The translations under genes and the position numbers were made by a program. From a virus (taxonomy: Duplodnaviria; Caudoviricetes), in IMG/VR virus record IMGVR_UViG_3300019124_000001, positions 64,001 through 128,000 of that record: a stretch of DNA of 64,000 nucleotides; one strand, written 5' to 3'. Position 1 is the first letter of the stretch, and each line of letters opens with the position of its first letter. The notes beneath the pieces were generated by a model that was not told the origin of the DNA, searched no databases, and saw nothing but the letters and a program-made list of their open reading frames with translations. Shown here piece after piece: positions 19,107-29,369 of this stretch.

Positions 19107-19614
19107 TCAAGTGAAAATGTTGTCTTCTAAGGGTTTTGGAATATTGGATTCGAAACGAGCGTTGATTCAAAACAATTGGGATATCGAAAAGGCAATCGCT
19201 TATCTTCAGTCATCCCCTAATCTATTCGCTTTGGTAACAAGGAGGAAGCAGAAAATGACAAAAGGACGCATTACGCCTGAAATGGTAGTGGAAGCATATA
19301 AGATTACTGGAATGTTGCCAATGATCGAGACTTTTGCAAGTCGCGATAAGAGTGGGAACCTGTGCGGATGTGGAATCGGAACGGTGTTAGCGAGTCGTGG
19401 CTATGAAGTCGAAAATGGTGGTATTAACGATTTAGCCGAACAGCTATTTGGAGAATACTATACAGATGGCTTTTATCATGGGTTCGATGGATATTCAAAA
19501 GAAGATATGGAAGCGTATTTTGACAACGAAGATTTTAAAAGTGGCTTTCTGGATGGACATGCCGCTCGTCAAGCAGTTATTGAAGCTGGTTACGACATTC
19601 TTACTGTCGATTGA
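19081..19614 (+). CDS. EF-Ts N-terminal (UBA-like) domain fused to a hypothetical domain; internal start at 19255
   Basis: QVKMLSSKGFGILDSKRALIQNNWDIEKAIAYL; internal AAGGAGG 19239-19245. Confidence 0.55.
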   Translation: MTLTKEQVDQVKMLSSKGFGILDSKRALIQNNWDIEKAIAYLQSSPNLFALVTRRKQKMTKGRITPEMVVEAYKITGMLPMIETFASRDKSGNLCGCGIGTVLASRGYEVENGGINDLAEQLFGEYYTDGFYHGFDGYSKEDMEAYFDNEDFKSGFLDGHAARQAVIEAGYDILTVD

Positions 19615-19666
19615 AAATGAAGATCAGGCTATTTATTGAAACAATTCGAAGGATGGAGTTGATATT

Positions 19667-19909
19667 ATGTGTAGTTGCGGAGAGCAATTTTGCCCATATC
19701 CTGTTGATGGAGCGCAATTCGGAAAAGACTTAAAAGAATTGAGGCTACAAAAAGGGTATGGCTCTGTAAAATTGTCAAAAGACATTGGAAAAGCTGTGAC
19801 ATATGTGTCGCAAATGGAAAAAGGAAAAATAAAACACCCACCTGTTGAGACTTGTCGGCAGTTACTAAACGTGTTGCTTGCGAAGGAGGATAGAGCAAAT
19901 GCAGACTGA
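19667..19909 (+). CDS. XRE-family HTH protein
   Basis: FGKDLKELRLQKGY...LSKDIGKAVTYVSQMEKG. Confidence 0.75.
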   Translation: MCSCGEQFCPYPVDGAQFGKDLKELRLQKGYGSVKLSKDIGKAVTYVSQMEKGKIKHPPVETCRQLLNVLLAKEDRANAD

Positions 19910-20231
19910 AGTATTTGTTTTGATGTATCATTGTTTCGAAAACACCGACTGTATTTGGGCAGGAGCAGATTTCGGAGATGCAAAGATGAAATTTGCAGAA
20001 ATGCTTGGTAGACAAATGGAAGTCGAAGAAATTGAAGGATCGTATGTAATGGTTGTCTGGCGCGGTGGTCGCGGATTAAAATATCAAGATTTAAGAGATT
20101 TTGAGAATCGCATTTTAGAGTGTGGAACGTGCGGTGGAGAAGGTGGAGTGGATAGTGGTGGCGTAACACCGTGGGGATGGGGGATTGACATTCCTTGTCC
20201 TGAATGTAGTGAAAAAAGCGGTGGAGAGTAA
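19878..20231 (+). CDS. Hypothetical protein with a CxxCxGxG zinc-finger tail
   Basis: CGTCGGEG...CPEC. Confidence 0.55.
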   Translation: MRRRIEQMQTEVFVLMYHCFENTDCIWAGADFGDAKMKFAEMLGRQMEVEEIEGSYVMVVWRGGRGLKYQDLRDFENRILECGTCGGEGGVDSGGVTPWGWGIDIPCPECSEKSGGE

Positions 20232-20298
20232 TAAATTTGGAGTAGGTTGGTTAGAGAATAACATAGATGAAAGAAACATTTTATTAGGAGATGGCAAA

Positions 20299-20754
20299 AT
20301 GGCTTACAACATTGGTTTTCGTTCAGACAATGCGATTGAAAGACAATTAAGCAACCTTGCGTTTGCCCATTTCTTTATTGAAGGAAGGGAATGTAATTCA
20401 TTTGAAGGTTTCTACATGGGAATAAAGCGTTCAGGAGATGAAATTCAAAACGAAATCTTCAAAATGTTTGGATTCAATGCAAAGAACAGAACAAAGAAGA
20501 CAAAACATATCTACTTCAACGGACGTACCATGCAAGCAGGAAGCAAAGAGCATCACGAACTTCTGTTTCAGGCACAAGTGGCAAAGTACACGCAACACAA
20601 AGAATCACACGATGCGTTGATGGCTACTGGTAACACTCTGCTATATCACAAAGTTGGCAGAGATAGCATTTTATACCCTGCACGAGTGTTTTGTAGACAC
20701 CTTACGACAATTCGTTCAATGTTGCGTAAAGGTGAGTTGAAGTTTGTCGAATAA
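20299..20754 (+). CDS. NADAR-like protein (T4 gp30.3 type)
   Basis: LSNLA..F, SFEGFYMGIK, AKYTQH, ALMATG..LYH. Confidence 0.6.
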   Translation: MAYNIGFRSDNAIERQLSNLAFAHFFIEGRECNSFEGFYMGIKRSGDEIQNEIFKMFGFNAKNRTKKTKHIYFNGRTMQAGSKEHHELLFQAQVAKYTQHKESHDALMATGNTLLYHKVGRDSILYPARVFCRHLTTIRSMLRKGELKFVE

Positions 20755-20815
20755 AATGAAAGTTTCATAGGAGACGTTTGACAATGAAAAATACCGCAAG
20801 GAGGGCTTAGGACAA

Positions 20816-21121
20816 ATGGACAACATCGAATTTAATCCGTTTCGCATATCTATAGCAGATGCAATGAAAGTTTCTATGAAAGAACGCAAATCTTTGCTTG
20901 TAGGTATAGACCCTAAATACACTGACGAGTCGGTTGCGAAGGGATTGGCAAAGCAATATTCGATATCTATTGAGTCTGCACAAGCCATTGTTCAGGCTAC
21001 TCTTATAAAGTTTAACAGCGAATCTGAGTATACGCAATTTGGCATTGTATTTGATAGTCTAGATGAAATACCTTTTGGCAAAGGTCTTTATCATGCTAGA
21101 AAATTGGCGCAGGTATGTTAG
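20816..21121 (+). CDS. Hypothetical protein
   Basis: RBS GGAGG. Confidence 0.55.
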   Translation: MDNIEFNPFRISIADAMKVSMKERKSLLVGIDPKYTDESVAKGLAKQYSISIESAQAIVQATLIKFNSESEYTQFGIVFDSLDEIPFGKGLYHARKLAQVC

Positions 21122-21324
21122 ATCGGAGGAACAACATGAAACTATGGCATCTTGTTTGGTACAATTACCACGCATTTTGGATGAATCATGCATTTACCAT
21201 GAAGCAACTTATTCATCACACTATGAGAAAGAATTATCACGAAAACTACTTGGACAAGGAGTAACACATATGAAACAACAAATTTTCCCTCCGTAGATTT
21301 TTAACTGGCAAGGAGTATGCTAGC

Positions 21325-21540
21325 ATGTCTACATGGAGTTATCTTCTAGGTGGGCTTGGAGTCATATGTCTATGGATGATTGGCTCCAAAAGCTCAAAAG
21401 GCTTTTTGCTAGGCATACTTGTACAACTGCTTTGGGTAGTTTATGCATTCCAAACGGAGCAATATGGGTTTCTAGCATCTGCCGTTGTGTATATTTCTGT
21501 GTACATCAGGAACTATTGGAGGTGGAAGCAAAATGAATGA
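21325..21540 (+). CDS. Small 3-TM membrane protein (half-PnuC/SemiSWEET-like)
   Basis: LGVICLWMIGSK..KGFLLG...LWVVYA...YIRNYWRW. Confidence 0.5.
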   Translation: MSTWSYLLGGLGVICLWMIGSKSSKGFLLGILVQLLWVVYAFQTEQYGFLASAVVYISVYIRNYWRWKQNE

Positions 21541-21726
21541 ACTTTGGGTAAAGGTGAATCGACCAATCGGCTATCATGATCATCATAATGTTGGTGAAAT
21601 TATCAAAATATTTATGCGAGATGCAAATGATTTAATAAGAAACGGATTTGTTGAAATCTTAGTTAATAACAACGGAAATAACTTACCTTACGACGAAAAA
21701 GAATTTCGTACTACGGAGAACTTCTG

Positions 21727-21969
21727 ATGGCTATTAAACGTGAAGTAGAAATGAATATCGACTATGCGATAGAATGCGCTTTGTTACATGTTCAAGAAAT
21801 TCAGCGATATATCGAAGAGTATAATGCTCACTTCAAAGATGGACTAGACATCCATCCAGCACGCGATTTTGATACAATACAATCCACTGTGCTTAAATTA
21901 AGAGGTTTAAAATACAGAATTCAGAAACGAAGGGAGAAGGCACTAAATGAAAGTACAGCACTATCGTAA
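21727..21969 (+). CDS. Hypothetical protein
   Basis: ORF within a translationally coupled run. Confidence 0.5.
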   Translation: MAIKREVEMNIDYAIECALLHVQEIQRYIEEYNAHFKDGLDIHPARDFDTIQSTVLKLRGLKYRIQKRREKALNESTALS

Positions 21970-22297
21970 CAGGAAGTTTTATACAGCACTTGGCGAAGCG
22001 AACTACCTACCAAAAGGTGGATCAACAGGTAAACTTGATGGTAACACTTTTGCCAGAATGCGATCCAAGTTTATCTGCATAGCTACTCACACCGAAGAAG
22101 ATGATTCTTTGTGTGTTTATCGTCATCCTAGTGGTTCATTGTTCTATACTGCTGACCGCGATTATGGAGAACTGATGATCTATCGTGCAGAATATGAAGA
22201 TAATAAATATTGGGCACGTCCTCTTGAAATGTTTAGAGAATATGTGACTAATGACGATGGTATTGAAGTTCCACGATTCACCATTGTTGAATTTTAG
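21947..22297 (+). CDS. DUF1653-like protein
   Basis: QHYR..FY, ATHTE, MIYRAEY...WARPLEMF. Confidence 0.6.
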   Translation: MKVQHYRNRKFYTALGEANYLPKGGSTGKLDGNTFARMRSKFICIATHTEEDDSLCVYRHPSGSLFYTADRDYGELMIYRAEYEDNKYWARPLEMFREYVTNDDGIEVPRFTIVEF

Positions 22298-22307
22298 GAG
22301 GTACAAC

Positions 22308-22616
22308 ATGAGCTTTCGTTTAACACCAGAACTGATCAAAGACAAGACCTATTGGGCAAATAGAAGGTATCTTACGCACAAAAGAGCGGTAGAGAGTTTT
22401 GAAAACGATTCAAGCAAAAGGATGAGACTGCTACACAAAGAGTGCAGGGCTTGTTTCTATCTTCGTAATGTTATGTCTGGTTCGGCATTTACGAATTTCA
22501 CTTGCCAAAATTGCGATACGGTGAGTTCGTATCCAAATACAGATGTTCCTCGTTACTGTACAAAGTGTTCAGATGAACATAATGCATGTGTGCGGTGTGG
22601 AGGAGGATTGGAGTGA
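22308..22616 (+). CDS. Cys-rich zinc-binding hypothetical protein
   Basis: Four CxxC pairs; RBS AGGAGG. Confidence 0.6.
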   Translation: MSFRLTPELIKDKTYWANRRYLTHKRAVESFENDSSKRMRLLHKECRACFYLRNVMSGSAFTNFTCQNCDTVSSYPNTDVPRYCTKCSDEHNACVRCGGGLE

Positions 22617-22800
22617 TTATCTTGGCAGAGCATTGGGAAGAACAAAAGGAATTCCTTCGTCGAAACATTTCGTATTTGAAAAGAGTGGCAGAATTAACAA
22701 CATCCAAAGCGGAGAGAAGTCGTCTCCGAGCGAAAGCTGATGGTATGAGCGTTGCATTGCAACACATGAACGAAACCGAACGAATTTATGGAGGATAAAA

Positions 22801-23316
22801 ATGAGTAGACGATTTGTTACATCTGACCATCATTTTGGTGACAAGAAAATTATTGGATACGAGAATCGCCCATTTCAAAGTGTTGAACATATGAATCTTG
22901 ATCTAATCGGAAGGTGGAATAGCGTGGTTGGAAAACATGACACCGTTATTCATCTTGGGGATTTCTCATTCTTACCAAAGAAAGAAACCAAAGATATTCT
23001 CGCACGTCTTAATGGTCGAAAAGTTCTAATTTTAGGCAATCATGATCGTGGGCGTTCCGTAAACTGGTGGAGAGAAGTGGGTTTTGATCAGGCTTACGAA
23101 TATCCCATCATTCTTGACGGGTTCTATATTCTGTCACACGAACCTGTTTACGTAAGCGAAAACATGCCTTACGTCAATGTGCATGGACATACACACAACA
23201 AACGTATAGATCATCAGCAAATTATCAACGTTTCTGTTGAATGTACGGACTACAAGCCAGTTCTTTGGGATTCAATCAAGACACGTTTCGCAAGCGAAGG
23301 AGAACAAGCAGAATGA
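22801..23316 (+). CDS. Metallophosphoesterase
   Basis: SDHHFG, HLGD, GNHD, HGHTH. Confidence 0.85.
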   Translation: MSRRFVTSDHHFGDKKIIGYENRPFQSVEHMNLDLIGRWNSVVGKHDTVIHLGDFSFLPKKETKDILARLNGRKVLILGNHDRGRSVNWWREVGFDQAYEYPIILDGFYILSHEPVYVSENMPYVNVHGHTHNKRIDHQQIINVSVECTDYKPVLWDSIKTRFASEGEQAE

Positions 23317-23735
23317 AAAAGTTTTATCAGTATCATGTATACAATGATCATTGTGACACAATTGTAACAGTTGACATTGAAGGAGAAGAGGTAGCAAGAG
23401 GTTTTGCGAAGGGCTGTTTAAGAGACTTTTATGGTAAGACAGAAGAACATGTTCGCGATCTAAATGTAGTTTTTCTGAGTTCATTCTACAATAACGCGAT
23501 AGCTGTATTGGATTTATTGCAAAAGAGAAAATAGAAGTAGCGGACAAGTTTTAGCCGAGAAAATCTCCAAACTTTCAAAACAGTGTTGACAAACAACAAC
23601 TATGTATGGTAAGATAATCTTGTAACAAAGTAATAGAGAAGGATCAAGGTGTACGACAAAACGTTTGTTTCGAACCATGATTTTATTTTTGCCTAACAAA
23701 CAACAACTATGTATAATAACAAAGGAGCGAAATAA

Positions 23736-26240
23736 ATGCGCCAACTGATCTTGATGCGTGGAGCAATGGGTGCTGGTAAGTCTACATTTATTGAGAATAA
23801 TGGTCTGAAGCCGTATGCCCTGAGTCCTGACGAGCTTCGCTTGATGCACCAAACACCTGTATTACAAGAAAACGGAAAAACTGCAATCACCATGAGTAAC
23901 GACAAGTATGTCTGGGAGACGCTTTTTCATCTGCTCGAAAAACGCATGGAACGCGGTGAATTGACTGTTGTAGACGCAACTCACTCTAAAACAGAAGACA
24001 TGCGTCAATATAAGAAATTGGCTGATACTTATTGCTATCGAGTGTGGGTTGTAGATTTTACAGACGTACCGATTGAAGTAGCCAAAAAGCAGAATGCAAT
24101 GCGAAGTGAACATAAGCGTGTGCCTGAATCGTCTATTGACAAGGTGTATGCGCGTTTTGCTGGCGAGAAAGTTCCGTCTGGATTCACAGTCATAAAGCCA
24201 AACCAGATTAACGAAGTATTACAACTGAATCCATTTGACTATTCTGAATGGAAAAAGATTCACTTTTTCGGTGATCTTCATGGTTGCAATACAGTTCTGC
24301 AACGATATCTCTCCGAAAATGGTGGAATCAAAGATGATGAGTTTTATGTCTTTGTTGGGGACTACATTGATCGTGGCATTGAAAACAAAGAGCTTCTAGA
24401 TTTTCTGTTCTCCATCGTTGACAGAAATAATGTAATTTTTCTAGAAGGGAATCATGAAATACACTTGTGGAAGTGGGCTAACAATGAAGTTCCGTTTAGT
24501 AAGCACTTTATCAATCATACACAAAAACAATTAGAAAGTGATATTGGTTTGTTGGAAGTGCCAGAACGGCAGAAATACGAACGAGATGTTGACTACTTGG
24601 TGCGCATTGCAAAGTTGATCCCTCGTGAAGAAGGGGAAACAATGGAGTTCTATTTGGAACGTCTGGCAGACCAACACTATCGTAGTGCACCTTTGATTGG
24701 CGAAACAATGGAACAATGGAAAAAGCGTACCAAGGAAGTGCGCATGGAAAACTTAAAACGTCAAAAATCATTAGATGAATTCAAAAAGAAAGCACGAATG
24801 TTCTATCGCAAGCTCCGTCAGATGCTATATATCAAGTATGGAAACAAAATCATTCTAGTTAACCACGCTGGTATCTCTACGATTCCTATGGAGATGAATA
24901 AAATTGCAAGCGATCAATTTATTCGTGGCGTTGGTGGATATGAAGTAGATATTGACCTGATATTCTCCGAGAACGTACAAGCGGCAAACATTTTGCCCAA
25001 CCTTTCTTTGTCATACATTGCCGATTATATCGGAGATTTGGAAACATTTGACGGATTTTTCCAAATTCATGGACACCGCAATTTGGGTAATTTGCCAATC
25101 TTTGCATCATCAAATTCCTTCAATTTAGAAGGTGAAATTGAGTTCGGTGGACATCTGCGAGTCCTACAACTCAGTCACGAACATGGCTTCGTACCAATTG
25201 AAGTAGAAAATACTGTGTTCGACGTAGAAGACCCACGTGCAGAACCCCATCTGGTCTTCGATAATATTCTTGAAGAATTGCGTTCGAAGCAAGACTTGAT
25301 TAACGAAAAAAAGTTTGGCAACATTTCTTCTTTTAATTTTAATCAAGATGTATTTCGTTATGGCAAGTGGAATGCACAGACCATTAAAGCGCGTGGTATC
25401 TTCATCAACACGGAAACAACTGAAATTGTTGCTCGAAGCTACAATAAGTTTTTTAATGTTGGAGAAAAATCCTTCACGAGACTTAATGCTTTGAAACGAA
25501 ATCTTGTTTTCCCGTTAGATGTTTATGTCAAAGAAAATGGATTTTTGGGAATCAATGGCTACGATAGTCAAAGTGATACGCTGGTTGTGGCATCCAAGTC
25601 GATGTTATCTGGTGAGTTTCAAGGCTATTTCAAAACCTTGTTGGATGCCACTATTTCTCAGGAAGGTCAGGAAGAATTGAAGCGTATTCTGAAAGAGGAA
25701 AATCTATCTGCCGTGTATGAGGTTGTTGACATGAACAATGATCCTCACATTATTGATTATCCTCAATCTGGAATCTATTTGCTCGATATGGTTCGACGTA
25801 CCCCCGCATATGAGAAGTTGCCGTATAACGAACTACTTGAATATGGTAGCTATTTGGGGGTACAGACCAAGCAGTATGTGACAACCTTTTATGATTGGCA
25901 GTCATTTTATGAATGGTATCTTCGAATCATGGATGACATGTCCATTCAAAGCGTTGAGGGATTCGTTTTGGAAGATGCGACTGGTTTCATGACAAAGATA
26001 AAGCTCCCGTTCTACAACTTCTGGAAACAGATGCGAGGAATCAAGGAAATACTCTCTTCCAAAGCTCAAAACCCGACCATCAACACTGCCCGCCTTATTA
26101 CAGCAGAGAGTATCGACGTGTACAACTTTATGAAGCGTCAAAGCAAAGAATATTTGTCTTCTACTCCTATTCACATTGTACGCGCTGACTATTACCGCGA
26201 AAAGAATGGCACCATTATTCAGGCTCGCGCTACAATCTGA
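23736..26240 (+). CDS. Polynucleotide kinase / phosphatase / RNA ligase (Pnkp-type RNA repair enzyme)
   Basis: P-loop GAMGAGKST and VDAT; GDLHG, GDYIDRG, GNHE, HGH; ligase KFFN, KENG, EGFV, KIK. Confidence 0.85.
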   Translation: MRQLILMRGAMGAGKSTFIENNGLKPYALSPDELRLMHQTPVLQENGKTAITMSNDKYVWETLFHLLEKRMERGELTVVDATHSKTEDMRQYKKLADTYCYRVWVVDFTDVPIEVAKKQNAMRSEHKRVPESSIDKVYARFAGEKVPSGFTVIKPNQINEVLQLNPFDYSEWKKIHFFGDLHGCNTVLQRYLSENGGIKDDEFYVFVGDYIDRGIENKELLDFLFSIVDRNNVIFLEGNHEIHLWKWANNEVPFSKHFINHTQKQLESDIGLLEVPERQKYERDVDYLVRIAKLIPREEGETMEFYLERLADQHYRSAPLIGETMEQWKKRTKEVRMENLKRQKSLDEFKKKARMFYRKLRQMLYIKYGNKIILVNHAGISTIPMEMNKIASDQFIRGVGGYEVDIDLIFSENVQAANILPNLSLSYIADYIGDLETFDGFFQIHGHRNLGNLPIFASSNSFNLEGEIEFGGHLRVLQLSHEHGFVPIEVENTVFDVEDPRAEPHLVFDNILEELRSKQDLINEKKFGNISSFNFNQDVFRYGKWNAQTIKARGIFINTETTEIVARSYNKFFNVGEKSFTRLNALKRNLVFPLDVYVKENGFLGINGYDSQSDTLVVASKSMLSGEFQGYFKTLLDATISQEGQEELKRILKEENLSAVYEVVDMNNDPHIIDYPQSGIYLLDMVRRTPAYEKLPYNELLEYGSYLGVQTKQYVTTFYDWQSFYEWYLRIMDDMSIQSVEGFVLEDATGFMTKIKLPFYNFWKQMRGIKEILSSKAQNPTINTARLITAESIDVYNFMKRQSKEYLSSTPIHIVRADYYREKNGTIIQARATI

Positions 26241-26379
26241 CAAATTTGATGTTGCGCGGCGAAGGAATCCTATGGTAAGATAGATATTGTCGTCACCCGT
26301 ACAAACAACAACTATGTATGGGTGATGTTTTTCATCTCAAAATTAATAACCGAATCTCGAAAGGGGAACATGAACAACA

Positions 26380-27465
26380 ATGGCAACGCAAGAAACGACT
26401 CTGCATCCGACAAAAGGCTCGATTAAGGTGAAAGGACAGATTTCTGGACTTTCGGCAGAAAAATCATTCCGCTCTGGCAGAAACAAAAATGGCGCCGAAT
26501 ACCAATCTATCTCTTTCTTCGTCACTACCAATAAGTACACTGATGCAGAAGGCAACGAAGTTGAAAACAAAGTGAAAGTTGAATTGTACGGTCAAGTGAA
26601 CGAGTTCGTTTATCCGTACAAGCCTGCTCCGAAGGGTTCTCCGAAAGGAACTAAGGGAACTTCCATCAAACATCCGTTCGCACAGCGCTACTCTTTGCCA
26701 CAAGGGTTCCATTTGATTGGTGTTAAGACAAAATTCAACGTTGGTGGAGAAATGAAGTCTGGCGAATACGTAGACTTCGATGCGGTTGGCGTTATTAAGT
26801 CTCATCTGAAAGACGGAGATTTCGTAGAAATTTATGCTGAATCTCGTTATAGCGAATATACGAACGAAAACTCTGGCGAAACGAAACTCCAAACACAGTA
26901 TTCTATCAAAAGCATTGAACACATTGGCGAAATTGACTTCTCCGATGCAAACTTCGAAGAACTGTCCTCTTTTAAACAAGAGATTGTTTTCATTGCGGCT
27001 GACCACGACAAACAAATCGGCAAAACCGTTGTTACTGGTCGTGTAATCGCATATGGAGAGAAGTTTTATGATGTACAATTTATGATTGACCCCAACATTG
27101 ATCCTGCTGTAAAAGCGCTTGCGGCAACGTTCTTGAATAAGAACAAGCAGATTCCGATGAAGTTTGGAACTAAGATTGAAGTCAAAGGTCGTCTAATTAA
27201 CTACGCTATTAAAGAACAAGTCGAAGCTCCTGCGCTCGAAGTAGGTTGGGGTATTGATGTTCCTGGTTTTAGCGGTTATGTTCAAACTAATTACTTCTCT
27301 GAACTTCAAATCCTTGGCGCGGAACCGAGTTCTTATGAGCCTGACAAGTACACGGAAGATGATTTTGTAAATAAAGGTTTGAATACGAAAGCTGATCAAG
27401 AAACAGAGGAAGACAATCCGTTCGCAAATCCGATTGACATTTCGGACGATGATCTGCCTTTTTAA
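26380..27465 (+). CDS. Single-stranded DNA-binding protein
   Basis: Beta-rich; acidic tail DISDDDLPF; adjacent to AAA ATPase. Confidence 0.7.
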   Translation: MATQETTLHPTKGSIKVKGQISGLSAEKSFRSGRNKNGAEYQSISFFVTTNKYTDAEGNEVENKVKVELYGQVNEFVYPYKPAPKGSPKGTKGTSIKHPFAQRYSLPQGFHLIGVKTKFNVGGEMKSGEYVDFDAVGVIKSHLKDGDFVEIYAESRYSEYTNENSGETKLQTQYSIKSIEHIGEIDFSDANFEELSSFKQEIVFIAADHDKQIGKTVVTGRVIAYGEKFYDVQFMIDPNIDPAVKALAATFLNKNKQIPMKFGTKIEVKGRLINYAIKEQVEAPALEVGWGIDVPGFSGYVQTNYFSELQILGAEPSSYEPDKYTEDDFVNKGLNTKADQETEEDNPFANPIDISDDDLPF

Positions 27466-27553
27466 TACACTGACAAACAACAACTATGTATGGTCGCTGT
27501 CGTGAGATAGCGACCATATAATACACAGACTTATATGAAAATACAGGAGGACA

Positions 27554-28603
27554 TTGAAAACCATGAGTTTTGACCTTTCCATTCTTGGTGTAACGCAAAA
27601 TATTCCGAAAGTTAACTATCTTGAATACACTGGTGTCTTCCAAGCACCTCCGAAGTTCGGCAAAACCACTTGGGCATCTTACTACCCGAAGTCGATCCTT
27701 TTAGCTGTAGAAGAAGGCTATAAGGCGCAAGTTGTCAACAAGCGTTCTATCACTACTTGGGATGATTTGGTGGACTTCATCGACAAATTGGAAGAAAATC
27801 GCGAAGCAATTGGCGATAATGTTCAATCCATCATTGTAGATACGGTTGACAAGCTGTACCCGCTTGCCACTCCGTATGTGTTGCGAAAGCAAGGCATTCT
27901 AGACAAAAAGCGATACACTAAAGTTAGTGACATTCCGTATGGTGCTGGCTATGGTTTGATTGACCAAGAATTCGAATCCCAATTGAATCGCATTCTCGCT
28001 ATGGGATTCACAATTTTGTACCTGACTCACAGCAAGGTAAAACCGATTCGTCCGAAAGATGCTGAACCATATGACGTATACGAATCTACAATGCCTGACC
28101 GTTGTGCTCGAATCATTTATCCTGCTTGTGACTTTATTTTGCACGGAGAACGCCGTGTTGTCGATGGTGTGCCAAAACGCGTGTTGCTGATTCGTGGTAA
28201 TGAACAAGCGGTCGCTGGTAGCCGCGTTGCTTTTGAGGAAGATATTGTTTTTGACAGCGAAGAAGAAGCAATGGATATGTTCAAGGTGTACTTCCGTAAG
28301 GGTATCGAGAAAAATCTGCGGAAAGCTGGCGTAACTCGTGACATCGACGAGATTGCGGCAGAACAAGAACAGGAACGCAGGGAAAAGGTTGCGGAGTATA
28401 TCGAATCCCGCAATGTTGACGCAATTCGTTCTCAGTTGGCAGAGCTTGTAAAAAATCCAGTTGTATCTCAGAATAAGGCAGAAGTCATTGCTCAGTTCAA
28501 AGCAATCATGGGTGACGCTGACTTTAATAAAGTTACCGTAGCAAGTAAGCTCGAAGAAGCTGTCAAGTGGCTGACCGATTTCCTCGATTCTAAAGGTTCT
28601 TAA
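27554..28603 (+). CDS. AAA ATPase (Sak4-like)
   Basis: APPKFGKTT, EEG, IIVDTVD, YGAGY, LTH. Confidence 0.75.
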   Translation: MKTMSFDLSILGVTQNIPKVNYLEYTGVFQAPPKFGKTTWASYYPKSILLAVEEGYKAQVVNKRSITTWDDLVDFIDKLEENREAIGDNVQSIIVDTVDKLYPLATPYVLRKQGILDKKRYTKVSDIPYGAGYGLIDQEFESQLNRILAMGFTILYLTHSKVKPIRPKDAEPYDVYESTMPDRCARIIYPACDFILHGERRVVDGVPKRVLLIRGNEQAVAGSRVAFEEDIVFDSEEEAMDMFKVYFRKGIEKNLRKAGVTRDIDEIAAEQEQERREKVAEYIESRNVDAIRSQLAELVKNPVVSQNKAEVIAQFKAIMGDADFNKVTVASKLEEAVKWLTDFLDSKGS

Positions 28604-29313
28604 TGCGTTTTCTAGTAAGTCTGCATCTTTTTGGATTCCTGTTGGTTGGATACAGTTTGTATTCTAGCCAACAGGAATCACATAAGTTGCCAGATGTAGA
28701 CAACAGTGTTCAGTTCAAAGAAGAAAAGTCTTTGATCTATACTGTCGAATTGCCGAAACAGGAACAGAAACTTCCTGTTGTAGCATCGAGAGGCGACTTA
28801 GATGAACGTGCAATGATTCAACAGCAACGACAAATTCGAAAACAACAAGAGGAAATCAGGTATTATGACATACCGTTAAATCGGGATTTGCAAAAATACA
28901 TTTGGGAACTTTGCAAAGCATATGGATTCCCATATGAAACTACTATTTCTGTTATTCGTACAGAAAGCACGTTTAACGCTAAAGCCGATAACGGCATTGC
29001 CAGAGGGCTAATGCAGATTAACTATTCCGATAACACACTCCGATGGTTGGCTAAGGAGACTGGAATACCCAATCCTGACGCGTTTGACCCATATCAGAAT
29101 GTTAAAATGGGTATTTGGTATTTGGGATATTTGAAAAAATATTGGATTAGCAAGGGTTATACAGAACATGTTGATAGTTTTGCTCTCGTAAGCTACAATC
29201 GTGGCTTGGGTGGTGGAATAAAATTCGTTCAAAGTGGTCAATTGTCCGATACTTACACTACAAAGGTGTATAGGTATCAAAATGAATTGCAAAGTCTGAA
29301 GTCAAAAATGTAA
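28603..29313 (+). CDS. Lytic transglycosylase (SLT domain) with N-terminal anchor
   Basis: VIRTESTF, GLMQI, NVKMGIWYL, SYNRG. Confidence 0.85.
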   Translation: MRFLVSLHLFGFLLVGYSLYSSQQESHKLPDVDNSVQFKEEKSLIYTVELPKQEQKLPVVASRGDLDERAMIQQQRQIRKQQEEIRYYDIPLNRDLQKYIWELCKAYGFPYETTISVIRTESTFNAKADNGIARGLMQINYSDNTLRWLAKETGIPNPDAFDPYQNVKMGIWYLGYLKKYWISKGYTEHVDSFALVSYNRGLGGGIKFVQSGQLSDTYTTKVYRYQNELQSLKSKM

Positions 29314-29369
29314 CCTTCGCATATTTGGCTTTTGATGTAACTAAAATTGCGGAACGGAGATCATTTACC

